Notes: a model not told the origin generated them from the sequence alone. 64,000 nt of DNA from Nitrosopumilaceae archaeon (GCA_965208905.1 OZ242365.1:192001-256000), one strand, 5' to 3'. Positions 19,858-31,246 are shown, counted from the stretch's first letter. Program-made: numbers and translations.

Positions 19858-20469
19858 ATGGTACGTAGAAAAGGTCGAACACGAGATAAGTGGCGAGATA
19901 AGCGTTGGATAAATGTAGTGGCACCTGAATCCATGAACCATATACAATTGGCACACATTCCCATAACCACAGATGAGGGAGCAAAGGGCCGTGTGATCGA
20001 AAAGACACTACATGATATACTCAAAGGAGACCCGACCCAGTACAGCGTAAAGCTCTACTTTCAGATAGACCGTATAGAGGGAGATACGGCATATACCATA
20101 TTCAAGAGATACGAGTACTCAAAAGAGTATCTCAAGAGCTTGGTACGTCGGGACTCCTCAAAGATCAATTTCATAATGGATGCCGAGACCAAAGACGGTT
20201 ATGTCTTTCGTATAAACATCATAGCCCTCACACACAAGCGATTGAACAGTTCCCGAAAGCATGCTCTTCGACTAGCTGCTCAAAGAATACTAAACAGGGA
20301 TATACCAAAGTTAGACATACATCAGTTTGTCCAAAAGACATGTTATGGGGATATGCATGCCAGTATACTCTCCGAAGGTAAAAAACTCGTCCGACTCAGA
20401 CATGTAGGTCTAGAGAAGGTAAAGTTGGTACGTACTGCCGAAAAGCAGATAACGTTGCTTGAGGCCTAA
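19858..20469 (+). CDS. rps3ae: 30S ribosomal protein S3Ae (eS1)
   Basis: RDKW..K.W..V.AP...GRVIE.TL.D...YLKSLVRR..SKI. Confidence 0.95.
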   Translation: MVRRKGRTRDKWRDKRWINVVAPESMNHIQLAHIPITTDEGAKGRVIEKTLHDILKGDPTQYSVKLYFQIDRIEGDTAYTIFKRYEYSKEYLKSLVRRDSSKINFIMDAETKDGYVFRINIIALTHKRLNSSRKHALRLAAQRILNRDIPKLDIHQFVQKTCYGDMHASILSEGKKLVRLRHVGLEKVKLVRTAEKQITLLEA

Positions 20470-20472
20470 GCT

Positions 20473-20898
20473 GTGACAGACACTCCAGTTATACGTCTAG
20501 ACATCATAATACATGCTACAGAAGATGCAGACAAAATCTTTGAGTCAATTTATCAAACTTTGGGTATTAATCCAGAGATCTTTGATACTACTCAAACCAG
20601 AGGCCACTATCGCAATCCCATAATAATGGCCACAGCCACCCTACGTAAGACAGATGCAACTCGATTCATCAGTATATTCTCTGATAAGTTAGGTATTTAT
20701 CAAAGAGATGAGATCACACAGACAATCTCTACCCGGATAAGCAACTCTTCTTTATACTTGAGGTTAGATAGGCAAGAAATAATACGTAATGGAAGTGTGA
20801 TACTACAAGATTCGGGTACGATAAGGATCAAAATACACGTGCCCATCCATAACAGGCGCGCTGAGGATGTATTTGCGGACATATTGTGTCTATATTAA
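20473..20898 (+). CDS. RNA-binding domain protein (DUF54-like, exosome-associated)
   Basis: IHATED..K, GHY.NPI and LYLRLDRQ motifs. Confidence 0.8.
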   Translation: MTDTPVIRLDIIIHATEDADKIFESIYQTLGINPEIFDTTQTRGHYRNPIIMATATLRKTDATRFISIFSDKLGIYQRDEITQTISTRISNSSLYLRLDRQEIIRNGSVILQDSGTIRIKIHVPIHNRRAEDVFADILCLY

Positions 20899-20921
20899 TA
20901 AGGTCAGAAACAATACACATA

Positions 20922-20992
20922 TGGGAATGAGGAGATAGTAGCCGCTCCAGACCGAGCATAATGCTTTGAGGATCCCGCGACGACCTGACCCA
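20922..20992 (+). ncRNA. C/D-box sRNA
   Basis: Terminal stem TGGG/CCCA; C ATGAGGA 20927-33; D' CCGA 20952-55; hairpin AGCATAATGCT; C' TTGAGGA 20966-72; D CTGA 20985-88; TATA-like TATATTAATA 20891-20900. Confidence 0.8.
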
Positions 20993-21379
20993 AAATATAC
21001 AAGTACACGCTCAGCATCAGATACAGACAGATATGAAAGTCCCAAGTCTGTTATTTTGGGACGCGTAAAAGTCTACCATATTGTATGCCCCTTAACATGT
21101 ACTCATCATTTAACAGGAAATCAAGTCATCTATTATCTAGATGTCTACAGATGTAGGTATCACACCAAAAGACGTATCGGGAGTTGATATTAGCAGAGTA
21201 TCACTGTAATGAGCAAGAGTACCATTGTTCAATTTGTTGTATACCAAATGTATAGAGATGTAGTATCACCAAAGTTTGTGTAAGAGGGGGCTGCTTGTAT
21301 GAAATCTAATACATCTGCAATAGTATGTTGAACAGATACCTCAAAACATGCAATTATTTTAAATACGGAGAGAAAACAT

Positions 21380-22834
21380 TTGCGCATATTGGACTATGAT
21401 GTTATAGTAGCGGGTGGGGGATTGGCCGGTACCGTGGCGGCGCAAGCGGTGGCCCGATATGCTGATGGAGCAAGCATACTTGTGATAGACCGAAGTCCAC
21501 CCTTTATGCCTGGTAGAAAGAGTGTCAGTGGATGGATATGCGGGGATGCCGTCAGTAAAGAAGCCGTTGATTACATGTCAGAGAAGATAAGAGTGTCCTG
21601 GGGAGAACCCGAGATAGAGCACAAAGTCAAGGGTGTGATGGCATTCTCGCCAGACAAATCAACGGCCATACCTTTTGATGGAGATGGATATATGTTGAAC
21701 CGTCAACTGTTGCCAGAGCGACAGAACCAACGAGCCATAGATATGGGAGTACAGTTCGATTACGAGATAAATCTCACAGGTCTAATGTATGATAATGGAC
21801 AGGTTGTTGGGGTTACTGGTATAGACAAATCTAAGAACATCTACAAAAGGAGCTGTAAGGTGGTAGTTGATGCAACGGGTATGACATCTATGCTGCGCAA
21901 CCAGATATCCAACACGGACAAGATGGAGAGAAAGGTGGATCGTCAGGATGTAGAATCCACAGGCAGACACATAATGTACTTTGAGAAAGGGGAGAGAGAT
22001 CTCACCGAGTTTGATCCCGACTATTGCATAATACACTTGGATCAGGATATTGCCCCGGGCGGATACGGATGGGTCTTTCCAAAGGGAGATGACAAGGTCA
22101 ACATAGGATTAGGCGTTGAAAAGACACTACTGACCAAACGCAACAAGCGACTAAAAAGAAATGACAACGTAACGACTCTCATTGAGGAGTATGTGCAGAG
22201 AAACCGAGCCATTAAGAATCCCCGCCTCTCTACGGATCAGGAAGATATCAACAATGCCACTGGTAACTTTCAGGTGTCTGTGAGAAGGCAGAATGACTGT
22301 CTTGTGGCAGGCGGATTCATTTTAGTGGGAGACTCAGCATGGATGCCAAAGCCTTTGGATGCTGGGGGGATAGGTCCTGCACTGGTGGCAGGAACAATAG
22401 CGGGCAAGTGTATCGCCGAGGCCCTAGAAGCCGGAGATACCAGCGAAGCAGGTTTGTGGAAGTACAACAAAGAGTTCATCAATGAATATGGATACAAGAC
22501 GGCAGGTTTAGAGATATTTCGGCGCCTCATACAGACCTTGAGTAATGAGCAGATCAACTACGGCATGAAACACTTTCTAAAAAATTTGGATGTGGAGGCA
22601 ATATCCAAAGGTGAACATCCAGACTTTGGTACGTTGGGAAAGTTAGGTATGATAATTCGTGGTGCATTAAATAAAAGACTGGCCGATGGCCTCCGATTTA
22701 CATCAAAGCAGAACAAGAAACTCACTGCTCACTACTACAACTTTCCGGATACGCCCGATGGTTTTACAGACTGGCATAAAAGACTACACCAAGTACTAGA
22801 TGAATCAAATACAAATTTGAAAAAATATCAATAG
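21380..22834 (+). CDS. geranylgeranyl reductase family FAD oxidoreductase
   Basis: DVIVAGGGLAG, CGDA, DATG, PGGYGWVFPKG and LVGDSA...PL.AGGI motifs. Confidence 0.9.
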   Translation: MRILDYDVIVAGGGLAGTVAAQAVARYADGASILVIDRSPPFMPGRKSVSGWICGDAVSKEAVDYMSEKIRVSWGEPEIEHKVKGVMAFSPDKSTAIPFDGDGYMLNRQLLPERQNQRAIDMGVQFDYEINLTGLMYDNGQVVGVTGIDKSKNIYKRSCKVVVDATGMTSMLRNQISNTDKMERKVDRQDVESTGRHIMYFEKGERDLTEFDPDYCIIHLDQDIAPGGYGWVFPKGDDKVNIGLGVEKTLLTKRNKRLKRNDNVTTLIEEYVQRNRAIKNPRLSTDQEDINNATGNFQVSVRRQNDCLVAGGFILVGDSAWMPKPLDAGGIGPALVAGTIAGKCIAEALEAGDTSEAGLWKYNKEFINEYGYKTAGLEIFRRLIQTLSNEQINYGMKHFLKNLDVEAISKGEHPDFGTLGKLGMIIRGALNKRLADGLRFTSKQNKKLTAHYYNFPDTPDGFTDWHKRLHQVLDESNTNLKKYQ

Positions 22835-22869
22835 GCTTATAATCTCTTCTACGCCTTCGAATATACGGT

Positions 22870-24303
22870 TTGGAGATCAGAGAGGGCCTAACATTTGATG
22901 ATGTGCTTTTGGTCCCAAAGTATTCAGATGTTACTACCCGCAGTCAGACCAACCTATCTACAAAACTTTCCAGAAACATAAGCCTTAACATACCATTTAT
23001 CAGTGCCAATATGGATACGGTCTCTGAGGCATCCATGGCAGTCGCCATGGCTCGGGCCGGAGGTATTGGTATCATACACAGGTTCCTTACAATACAAGAG
23101 GAGAGTGCTCAGGTACTCAAGGTAAAGAGATCCAGTAGTGTGGTGATAGAAAATCCATACACAATATCCATGAACAGTACCGTGCGCAAGGCATACGACT
23201 ATGCTGATGATATGGGCGTGTCTGGACTGTTGGTCTTAGATGATGACAATCGTCTGGTGGGCATAGTTACCGACAGAGACTTTCTCTTCTGTGGAGACAA
23301 TGATCTACGGGTCTCAGATATCATGACAAAGGATGTAGTAACCACACCACCAGGTACAACGGCTGAAGATGCCAAAAGAATGCTTCGAGACAACCGAGTA
23401 GAGAAGCTACCCATCGTTGATAGTGATGGGTACGTTCGGGGTCTTTTCACCTCCAAGGACATTACCAATATGGAAAACTATCCCATGGCAGTCAAGGATG
23501 CCAAGGGCAGACCCATGGTGGGTGCTGCTGTGGGAGTCAAGGGAGACTTTATGGAACGGGCAGAAGCGTTACTGGAGGCAGAGGTGGATGTCCTAGTTGT
23601 AGATATAGCTCATGGGCACAGTCAGAATGCCATCAGAACTGTCAAAAACATAAAGAAAGCATTTCCAGATTGTGAGATAATAGCTGGGAATGTTGCCACT
23701 GCAGCAGGTACACTAGATTTAATCCGGGCAGGGGTAGACGCGGTAAAGGTGGGCGTAGGGTCCGGTTCCATATGTATAACTCGAGTCATAACCGGCTCTG
23801 GCGTACCTCAGCTTACTGCCGTAATGGACTGCGCCCGGGTAGGTAAAGAGAACGACATACCCATAATATCGGATGGCGGTACGCGAACATCGGGGGATGC
23901 CACAAAAGCCTTGGCGGCAGGAGCATCAACTGTGATGCTAGGTAGCATTCTAGGCGGTACTGACGAATCACCAGGGACAGTACTTACAAAGAACAATAAA
24001 CGCTACAAAGTGTATAGAGGAATGGCATCATTGGCCGCATCTATAGGGCGCAAGTCAAAAGAGACCGGCATGACAGCATTAGAGGATGACCTCAATGACT
24101 ATGTGGCCGAGGGTGTGGAAGCCATGGTTCCCTACAAAGGTAGTGTAACAGACATACTAAAGCAGTTGACTGGCGGGGTCAGGTCTGGCTTGAGTTATTG
24201 TGGAGCACATACAATATCTGCTATGCAACAAGAGTCTGAATTCATAAAGATATCCCGGGCCGGCTTAGCCGAGAGTCAGCCACACGACGTTTCAGTTATG
24301 TGA
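22870..24303 (+). CDS. guaB: IMP dehydrogenase
   Basis: [20 protein letters not shown] pair, [23 protein letters not shown]. Confidence 0.98.
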   Translation: MEIREGLTFDDVLLVPKYSDVTTRSQTNLSTKLSRNISLNIPFISANMDTVSEASMAVAMARAGGIGIIHRFLTIQEESAQVLKVKRSSSVVIENPYTISMNSTVRKAYDYADDMGVSGLLVLDDDNRLVGIVTDRDFLFCGDNDLRVSDIMTKDVVTTPPGTTAEDAKRMLRDNRVEKLPIVDSDGYVRGLFTSKDITNMENYPMAVKDAKGRPMVGAAVGVKGDFMERAEALLEAEVDVLVVDIAHGHSQNAIRTVKNIKKAFPDCEIIAGNVATAAGTLDLIRAGVDAVKVGVGSGSICITRVITGSGVPQLTAVMDCARVGKENDIPIISDGGTRTSGDATKALAAGASTVMLGSILGGTDESPGTVLTKNNKRYKVYRGMASLAASIGRKSKETGMTALEDDLNDYVAEGVEAMVPYKGSVTDILKQLTGGVRSGLSYCGAHTISAMQQESEFIKISRAGLAESQPHDVSVM

Positions 24304-24404
24304 TGTATAAAGTGTGGTCAGGTCCTCGCTTACAGATACATCAAAAAGATCATAACCAATAGTCAACACAACCAAAATGTCTTTAATACTGATACTCCAA
24401 GTAT

Positions 24405-24878
24405 TTGGTGATGTTCAGTACTCGTACCATAATAGGTATAGCTGTGGGAGCTGTCATAGTTGGTGTCCCACTAGTATCCTTGGTAGTAGACCTGACAGGA
24501 GGCCCTCTTGTAATATCCGAAGAGTATGGTATAGGCGAGACTGCATCATATTCGATAACAGGAGATGAGGGTGCCGTTCACTCCATGACCATAACGGCGG
24601 ACAGGTTCCAATTAAAACTAGAGAGCCCTGGCGAGGGCTTTAGCATACCTTCAAGTGAGTTTGAAGACTTCCACAGTATGGAGTGGGTACACCAAGAGTC
24701 AGGCCGTACACTGATACAGATACAAAACATTGGTGAGGATGTAATGAACATAGATGCAACACTGGAGATATCCGAAGATCCCTTATGGTTTGCATATAGA
24801 TTGGTAGTCATAACAACTGGTGTGATAATAATCGGTTTGAGTTTGGGGTTCAGTGTTAGAAAGCCTAGAGGGTTTTAG
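24405..24878 (+). CDS. hypothetical membrane protein
   Basis: TM helices at both ends of a 157-aa ORF. Confidence 0.7.
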   Translation: MVMFSTRTIIGIAVGAVIVGVPLVSLVVDLTGGPLVISEEYGIGETASYSITGDEGAVHSMTITADRFQLKLESPGEGFSIPSSEFEDFHSMEWVHQESGRTLIQIQNIGEDVMNIDATLEISEDPLWFAYRLVVITTGVIIIGLSLGFSVRKPRGF

Positions 24879-25116
24879 ATGTGGTCATAACCTTCTGCAC
24901 ATATACACGATAATCACCATAAACAAATCGTTATACCTGTCTGTTCCATATGACTTCAGGGGCAGAATTTATCAGGGGTGGTTTTCTAGTAGTATAGCAT
25001 GACGGCCTCAACACATCTACACCATATGGCAAAAGGTATACCAAAGATTGGTATGTTTTTAGATGCACATATTATACAAATGAATTATACACCACACACA
25101 AGATGGTACAACTAGT

Positions 25117-25686
25117 TCACTGTCTGTGTTTATGAAAAGAGTCTTGATCAAAGACCAAAAAGTCAGATGTGCCGAATTTGTTGGAGAGTACCCTCTCATC
25201 AATCCACGAGCATTCGATACATTTTATTGCATCACGTACAGGGACCACACCACCGCCACACTTTACGCACTTTGTCTGTAAAACGCCCAACGAGTGATCA
25301 TCCATAACAGCATGTATGGTGCCATTCAGATGAGACTCTATACGAAGCATGACAATATCATTCACCAACGCTATATTTTTTCGACGTATGTGTCGGGTTG
25401 AACATATACACTCTACATTGGATAGTGTGCGTCTACCGTTGACATATTGTATCGATACGGCAAACATCATGGACATGACCGCCGCCACTGTTCCTATAAT
25501 GATATCACCAGGTTCAGGTACACTGGTCCTCTTGTGACTCAATATGTTGGCAACATGGTTAGACGCATCAATGGAAGTATGTCCCACCACTGTGGAGCGG
25601 ATCATATCACCGTCATCAAAAGCGTTGGAACCAGCTTCGTACTCCTCAATGGAGGCTATAGTGTCGCCGGGCAGTACCTGAGACAT
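25117..25686 (-). CDS. csl4: exosome complex RNA-binding protein Csl4
   Basis: VLPGD.IASIEEY, PEPGDIIIGTV (S1 domain), LGV...C.KC...C..C...ER Zn ribbon. Start corrected to 25686. Confidence 0.9.
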   Translation of the reverse strand: MSQVLPGDTIASIEEYEAGSNAFDDGDMIRSTVVGHTSIDASNHVANILSHKRTSVPEPGDIIIGTVAAVMSMMFAVSIQYVNGRRTLSNVECICSTRHIRRKNIALVNDIVMLRIESHLNGTIHAVMDDHSLGVLQTKCVKCGGGVVPVRDAIKCIECSWIDERVLSNKFGTSDFLVFDQDSFHKHRQ

Positions 25687-25814
25687 AGTAAAAATATCTT
25701 TGTTGTGATTATAACTGTTAGGGTTCTGTCGCAAACGCGGTTGATACGACAAAACCCTTGTGCGTTCACTCATAAAAGTGATAAAAATATTGATGGTATA
25801 ATGAATGATACTGT

Positions 25815-26972
25815 ATGAACCGATTTGTTGTGTTAGTATTTGTAACAGCGCTCGTACTAGGAGTATCGTATGGTATGCACGGGCCAGTAGTGCCAGTCTT
25901 TGCCAAGGACAGTGTGGGTGCCACATACGCCGAGCTGGGACTGATTGGAATGGCCAACTTTCTCCCATACATGATAATTCCCATCTTTGTGGGCATACTA
26001 CTAGACCGCATTAACAACAGATACTTGTTGACCGTTGGCGTGATACTCAATGCGATATCACTATACCTGACATCCACAGCAAATACAGTAGAGGAGATAA
26101 TAGCCTATCGTCTTATAGCAGGTGTGGCTCATGCTTTCTTCTGGCCAACCTCAGAGTCCATACTGTCAGGAGATGAGGAGTCTCGTGTAAAGTACATCTC
26201 GTGGTTTATCATGTTCTTTGTGGTGGGATTCATGGTGGGTCCACTTCTAGGCTCAGTAGTACTAGATATGGTTGGGTCGGACTATCGTATGTTATTCCAG
26301 ATTACTGCATTTGTGATGGCCGTAGCCATGACAACCTCAGTAATTGCATCCCCAAAGACCTCAAAGCCGGTACATGGAGGCTTGAATCTCAAATCCTTTG
26401 GTGCAATAGCCAGATTCCCGGTAGTAGTAACACTGCTGTTATACAGCACTGCAGCTTTTGGTGTGATACTTACGATATATCCAGCATTCATGAGTGATCG
26501 TGGCATGGGCGATAACAGCATACTGTTATTGTTCTTCATATTTGGCATAACGCGAGTAGGTGCACTGTTAGTTGCAGGGTTTTTGTCCAAACGGGCAGTA
26601 CCTACCTTTGCAGCATCGACAATTTTGGTATCAGTTGGAATGGGGATAACAGCCATTGGTACATCATTTATCGATTTTACCATCGCCTTACTACTACTAG
26701 GATTTGGATGTTCTATATTATACCCATTGGCACTGGAAGTCATTCTGTCAGGTACAAAGAAGAGTGCCTCGGGTAGGATGATTGGTGCTTATGAGGCCAT
26801 ATTCGGTGTGGGTTGGGCTGCAGGTCCGGCTATCAATGGTTATGCCACAGATGCATTTGGCGAGGCGTCGCCGTATTGGTTGTTCTGTATACTAGGTATG
26901 ATGGTGACAGTAATGGTGGTAGTGTTTCGTAGAAGATTAGAGAGGGTCAGCTCGGAACGTGTCCAAGATTAG
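25815..26972 (+). CDS. MFS transporter
   Basis: About 12 TM helices; G.LLDRI.NR motif A. Confidence 0.9.
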   Translation: MNRFVVLVFVTALVLGVSYGMHGPVVPVFAKDSVGATYAELGLIGMANFLPYMIIPIFVGILLDRINNRYLLTVGVILNAISLYLTSTANTVEEIIAYRLIAGVAHAFFWPTSESILSGDEESRVKYISWFIMFFVVGFMVGPLLGSVVLDMVGSDYRMLFQITAFVMAVAMTTSVIASPKTSKPVHGGLNLKSFGAIARFPVVVTLLLYSTAAFGVILTIYPAFMSDRGMGDNSILLLFFIFGITRVGALLVAGFLSKRAVPTFAASTILVSVGMGITAIGTSFIDFTIALLLLGFGCSILYPLALEVILSGTKKSASGRMIGAYEAIFGVGWAAGPAINGYATDAFGEASPYWLFCILGMMVTVMVVVFRRRLERVSSERVQD

Positions 26973-27000
26973 TAATAAAATACCATATGGATTGTACTTG

Positions 27001-27279
27001 TTAGCCTCCAGCAACTGCAGGCAATATATACACCTCATCGCCATCTTTCAGTGGCGCGTCCATTCCTCCTGTAAATTTTGCATTCTTACCGTTTATGTAC
27101 ACGTTTATCAGCGAACGGGGACTGCCATCCGGTTCTAGTACCCGCCGGGCAAAGTCATCACCCATTATATCAGTACATTTTGTAAACGCATCAGATAATG
27201 ATGATGCATCCAAATCTAGTCGTCGTTCACCGCCACCTTTGTTCAATACAGAGGGGACTACAAATGCTATGCTGGCCAT
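27001..27279 (-). CDS. MoaD/ThiS-family sulfur carrier (ubiquitin-like)
   Basis: INVYING...LKDGDEVYILPAVAGG C-terminal di-glycine. Confidence 0.92.
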   Translation of the reverse strand: MASIAFVVPSVLNKGGGERRLDLDASSLSDAFTKCTDIMGDDFARRVLEPDGSPRSLINVYINGKNAKFTGGMDAPLKDGDEVYILPAVAGG

Positions 27280-28506
27280 CTACTTTATCACCGCTGCTAT
27301 CGCTGCCACATCGGGGCGCATCACATGAGGTTTTGGTAATACGGACATTACAGTATCAGTAGCCTTTAGTCCGTTGCCGGTAATATAACAAACGGTAGTC
27401 TCATCGGCAGATATCATGCCTTCCTGAACCATCTTTTGAAGCACTGCCACGGCGACACCACCGGCCGGCTCTGTAAATATACCCTCAGTTTTGGCCAGTA
27501 ATGTGAGCGCATCTAAAATTTCATCGTCGGTGCACTCAGCGGCACTACCACCATATTGTTGTAGTCGTTTCAGAACGTATCTGCCATCTCCTGGGTCTCC
27601 AATGGCAAGACTCTTGGCTATTGTATCGGGGACAGATACTGGAGTTACAGTACCGCCACTCTGGAAGGCATCAACGACAGGTGCACAGCCATGAGGTTGC
27701 GCAGCGTAGGGGTGCATTCTGGACGCATCATCAACCAGTGAGGCAGCCTCTAGTTCTTCAAACCCTTTGCATATGGCGTTTAGCATGGCGCCGCTACCCA
27801 CAGGAATTACCAGATGATCTGGCATCTCCCAGTTTAGCTGTTCGGCCACCTCAAATGCCAGCGTCTTTGATCCTTCTACATAGTATGATCTCATGTTAAT
27901 ATTCACAATTCCTATACGATAGCGATCTCCTATCTGCGCAGCTATTGTGTTTGCATCATCATACGTACCCTCAACAGCCACAAAGTTAGCTCCGTACGAC
28001 ATGGCCTGTACTGTCTTTGCCATCTCTATATCACTAGGTGCAAATATGTGGCAGTCCAAGCCAGCTTTGGCAGCATGCGCCGCAGTAGCCGATGCCAAAT
28101 TTCCTGTGGACGCACATCCCACTGCAGTGAGGCCCAACTCTCTAGCCTTTGAGACGGCAACCCCAGCAGGGCGGTCCTTGAATGAAAATGTTGGATTGAC
28201 AGAGTCATTTTTTATGTATAAATTGTGTAGTCCTAACTTTTCGCCTAATCGTTCGGCACGAATCAATGGCGTCATGCCCGCGCCAATACTCACAATATTG
28301 GATTTGTCACGTATGGGAAGTAGTTCATGGTAACGCCAATACGTCTGCTCCCGATGTGTGAATAGATCAGGGGATAATGTCGGTATATCATACGATACAT
28401 CAAGTGGTCCAAAACATTCTTCGCAGATATAATGGAACTTCATATCATGCTCGCGCCCGCATTCTCTACATTTTAGAGACTTTACACTCATGGTGTTCAG
28501 TGACAC
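27280..28506 (-). CDS. thrC: threonine synthase
   Basis: N-terminal Zn ribbon, NPTFSFKDR PLP lysine, ASTGNLA, EGSKT, P.GSG, ITGNGLK. Confidence 0.9.
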   Translation of the reverse strand: MSLNTMSVKSLKCRECGREHDMKFHYICEECFGPLDVSYDIPTLSPDLFTHREQTYWRYHELLPIRDKSNIVSIGAGMTPLIRAERLGEKLGLHNLYIKNDSVNPTFSFKDRPAGVAVSKARELGLTAVGCASTGNLASATAAHAAKAGLDCHIFAPSDIEMAKTVQAMSYGANFVAVEGTYDDANTIAAQIGDRYRIGIVNINMRSYYVEGSKTLAFEVAEQLNWEMPDHLVIPVGSGAMLNAICKGFEELEAASLVDDASRMHPYAAQPHGCAPVVDAFQSGGTVTPVSVPDTIAKSLAIGDPGDGRYVLKRLQQYGGSAAECTDDEILDALTLLAKTEGIFTEPAGGVAVAVLQKMVQEGMISADETTVCYITGNGLKATDTVMSVLPKPHVMRPDVAAIAAVIK

Positions 28507-28578
28507 ATTACCATTGATATATTGTCCTAATATTAAATTTAGTTATACTTAATTTTATACTAATAATATTCAATAAAA

Positions 28579-28920
28579 TTACATTATTGTGTTAAAAAAG
28601 CAGAGTCTACGCCCAGTATGGCAGGCAGGGCCAGTTGGGTTTACCAGATATATGATAGCATCCAAATCACAGTCAGAGAGTATACCAGTTATATTCTGAA
28701 TATTGCCGGACTCTTCACCCTTCATCCAGAGTTTTCGCCTGGATCTACTCCAAAACCATGACTTTTTAGTTTTAATTGTACGCTCCAACGCCTCACGGTT
28801 ACAGTATGCCAGTGTCAGTACCTCTCGGGTCTTTTCATCTTGTACTATTACTGGGATTAAGCCATCACCTTTGTTAAAGTCCAAGCTTGCGATTTCCACC
28901 TTCATCGTATCATATACCAC
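28579..28920 (-). CDS. hisI: phosphoribosyl-AMP cyclohydrolase
   Basis: FWSRSR..LW.KGEESGN.Q, DCD.D, ACHTG...CF. Confidence 0.97.
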   Translation of the reverse strand: MVYDTMKVEIASLDFNKGDGLIPVIVQDEKTREVLTLAYCNREALERTIKTKKSWFWSRSRRKLWMKGEESGNIQNITGILSDCDLDAIIYLVNPTGPACHTGRRLCFFNTIM

Positions 28921-29157
28921 ACATGTTGTAAATTTATAACTTGGGGGTCGTGCAGTCTTTTTTCTAAATGTAAGGCAACTCCAGTCTACATGAGTTTGAG
29001 CAGGATTGACACATAGATGATTAGTGTATCATGATACCGCACATGTCTGGCTTGGTAGACCCATCTGATAAAATATCGCCTGACTACTCGGTTAAGGATA
29101 TAACGTGTGATCTATCTAAAATAATACAGATGGGCAAGGCCAAACAACAAACCATGC

Positions 29158-29961
29158 TTATAACCTGACAGAGACTCCGCGTTTCTGCAGATATTCTTTT
29201 ACAGATTTGATGGCATCATCTTTATAATGAAATATGGATGCGGCCAGGGCTGCGGATGCATCAGTATGTATTAAAACATCAGCCATGTGATCAGGTTCTC
29301 CACAACCCCCCGAGGCTATAACTGGTATAGAGACTGCATCAGATACTGCACCAGTCAGCGTCACATCATACCCTTGGCGCGTGCCATCAGCGTCTATGCT
29401 AGTCAATAAAATCTCACCAGCTCCCAAACTTGCAGCCTGGCAGGCCCATTGTACGGCATCCAATCCAGTAGGCTTCTTTCCACCGTATATGTACACTTCA
29501 AACCAGAACTCTCTTGTGCCCTCGCAGAATAGTGTATGGTTTGTAGGAGGCGGACCATAATTACGTTGGGCATCAATGGCGACCACCACACATTGACGAC
29601 CAAACGTCTCCATCATGGATGTAATCAATCTTGGATTTTTCACAGCGCCGGTATTGGTTCCGGCCTTGTCGGCACCATTTAGTAGGATGGTCCGGGCATC
29701 ATCAACAGATGATACGCCGCCCCCCACAGTAAATGGTATGTCCAAGACTGATGCCACATCACGGACCAGTTTGGCTAAAGTCTTTCGTCGCTCCTCAGAG
29801 GCGGTAATATCCAAAAACACAAGCTCATCAGCACCCTCAGCACCATATCTGGTGGCTAACTCAACTGGGTCTCCAGCATCACGTATGGAACGAAACCTTA
29901 GACCCTTGACTACGCGGCCAGACTTGACATCCAAACAGGGGATCACTCTCTTTGTTAACAT
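29158..29961 (-). CDS. hisF: imidazole glycerol phosphate synthase cyclase subunit
   Basis: MLTKRVIPCLDV..GRVVKG, GADELVFLDITAS, GEILLTSIDADGT. Confidence 0.98.
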   Translation of the reverse strand: MLTKRVIPCLDVKSGRVVKGLRFRSIRDAGDPVELATRYGAEGADELVFLDITASEERRKTLAKLVRDVASVLDIPFTVGGGVSSVDDARTILLNGADKAGTNTGAVKNPRLITSMMETFGRQCVVVAIDAQRNYGPPPTNHTLFCEGTREFWFEVYIYGGKKPTGLDAVQWACQAASLGAGEILLTSIDADGTRQGYDVTLTGAVSDAVSIPVIASGGCGEPDHMADVLIHTDASAALAASIFHYKDDAIKSVKEYLQKRGVSVRL

Positions 29962-30656
29962 TCCAGTGCCTCAGGGATGGTGATTAAACCCTCGTATAGT
30001 GCCTTTCCGAGTATTATGCCGTACGGGGACAGCTCTGCCACATCCCGTACATCCGAAACGCCCGACACGCCACCACTGGCTATAACATTAGATATGCGAC
30101 ACGCCTTTGAGAGTGTTTGAATGTCAGGGCCAGATAGTGTGCCGTCACGTGAAATGTTAGTGATTAAAAATTGAGTAACACCCAATGCTACCAGTGACTT
30201 CATGGTGGGGATTATCATATTGTCTGTGGCCTGCTGCCAGCCGTGACTCATAATATGGCCATCATTGTGGTCCAATGACACCACCAGTCGATCATCGTAT
30301 CTTTGTATCAGTTTGTGCAATACTTTGGTGTTTAGTGCCAGTGTACCCACTACAACGCGATCTGCATACTGTAAAGTGTCATGTACTAAATCTTCACTGC
30401 GTCGCCCACCTGCAACCTGTATTGGGACTGAGATGGTACTTGCCATATCCTGTATTATATCGGTATTATCTCCCAAGGATAGTGTGGCATCCAAATCCAC
30501 CACATGTAACATATGAGCACCTTGACCCTCCCATTGTTTTGCAATGCGTATGGGATCGTTATAGTATATGGTCTTGTCTTTTGGGTCTCCACGCAAGAGG
30601 CGCACCACCTTGCCGTCCATTATATCAATAGCGGGAATTATCTTCAGTGTGAGCAC
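29955..30656 (-). CDS. hisA: ProFAR isomerase
   Basis: IIPAIDIMDGKVVRL..G, LHVVDLD, T.ISRDGTLSGP, IASGGV. Confidence 0.96.
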   Translation of the reverse strand: MLTLKIIPAIDIMDGKVVRLLRGDPKDKTIYYNDPIRIAKQWEGQGAHMLHVVDLDATLSLGDNTDIIQDMASTISVPIQVAGGRRSEDLVHDTLQYADRVVVGTLALNTKVLHKLIQRYDDRLVVSLDHNDGHIMSHGWQQATDNMIIPTMKSLVALGVTQFLITNISRDGTLSGPDIQTLSKACRISNVIASGGVSGVSDVRDVAELSPYGIILGKALYEGLITIPEALEC

Positions 30657-31246
30657 TCCCGCATAAAGTTGTCAAGTATTATGCCGCCAGACGCGCCTGA
30701 TTTTTCAGGATGAAATTGTGTACCAAAATAGTTGCGATACTCTACTACAGCAGGTACTCTTATCCCATAATCGGATGTAGCCGTTACCAAAGAGTCATCA
30801 TTAGGTTTGGCCATATACGAGTGCACAAAGTACATCCATGAACCATCATCCATACCATCCAAAAGGGTTCCAGAGTGTTGTATGTGTAATGAATTCCAGC
30901 CCATGTGGGGCACCTTCATCGTATCAGGGAGTGATACAACCTCACCATTCATTATGGACAGTCCCTTACATGAACCCTCTTGGCTACGCTCAAAGAACAT
31001 CTCCATACCCAAGCAGATGCCCAGAACCGGCATTGTATCTTTCACATACGAATGTATCATATCAGCAGATAGTGAATGCATGGCAGTGTCAAAGCTCCCC
31101 ACGCCCGGTAGCAACAATCCTGAATAATTATTATCATCATTAGACAATGAGTTTATGACTTGCACAGTAGCACCCCGCTTCTCAAAGGAGTTTTTAAGGC
31201 TGAATATGTTACCCGCACCATAATCATACAAGGCCAGACGGACCAT
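30644..31246 (-). CDS. hisH: imidazole glycerol phosphate synthase glutaminase subunit
   Basis: DYGAGN, LPGVG.F, GICLGM, PHMGWN, YFVHSY, QFHPEKS. Confidence 0.97.
   Translation of the reverse strand: MVRLALYDYGAGNIFSLKNSFEKRGATVQVINSLSNDDNNYSGLLLPGVGSFDTAMHSLSADMIHSYVKDTMPVLGICLGMEMFFERSQEGSCKGLSIMNGEVVSLPDTMKVPHMGWNSLHIQHSGTLLDGMDDGSWMYFVHSYMAKPNDDSLVTATSDYGIRVPAVVEYRNYFGTQFHPEKSGASGGIILDNFMRECSH

Noticed and set aside
25687-25968. Long N-terminal extensions in the ORF track (Csl4 here; also AmoA, TiaS, DUF35)
   Set aside because: Artefacts of taking the first possible start codon; conserved sequence begins at the downstream ATG.
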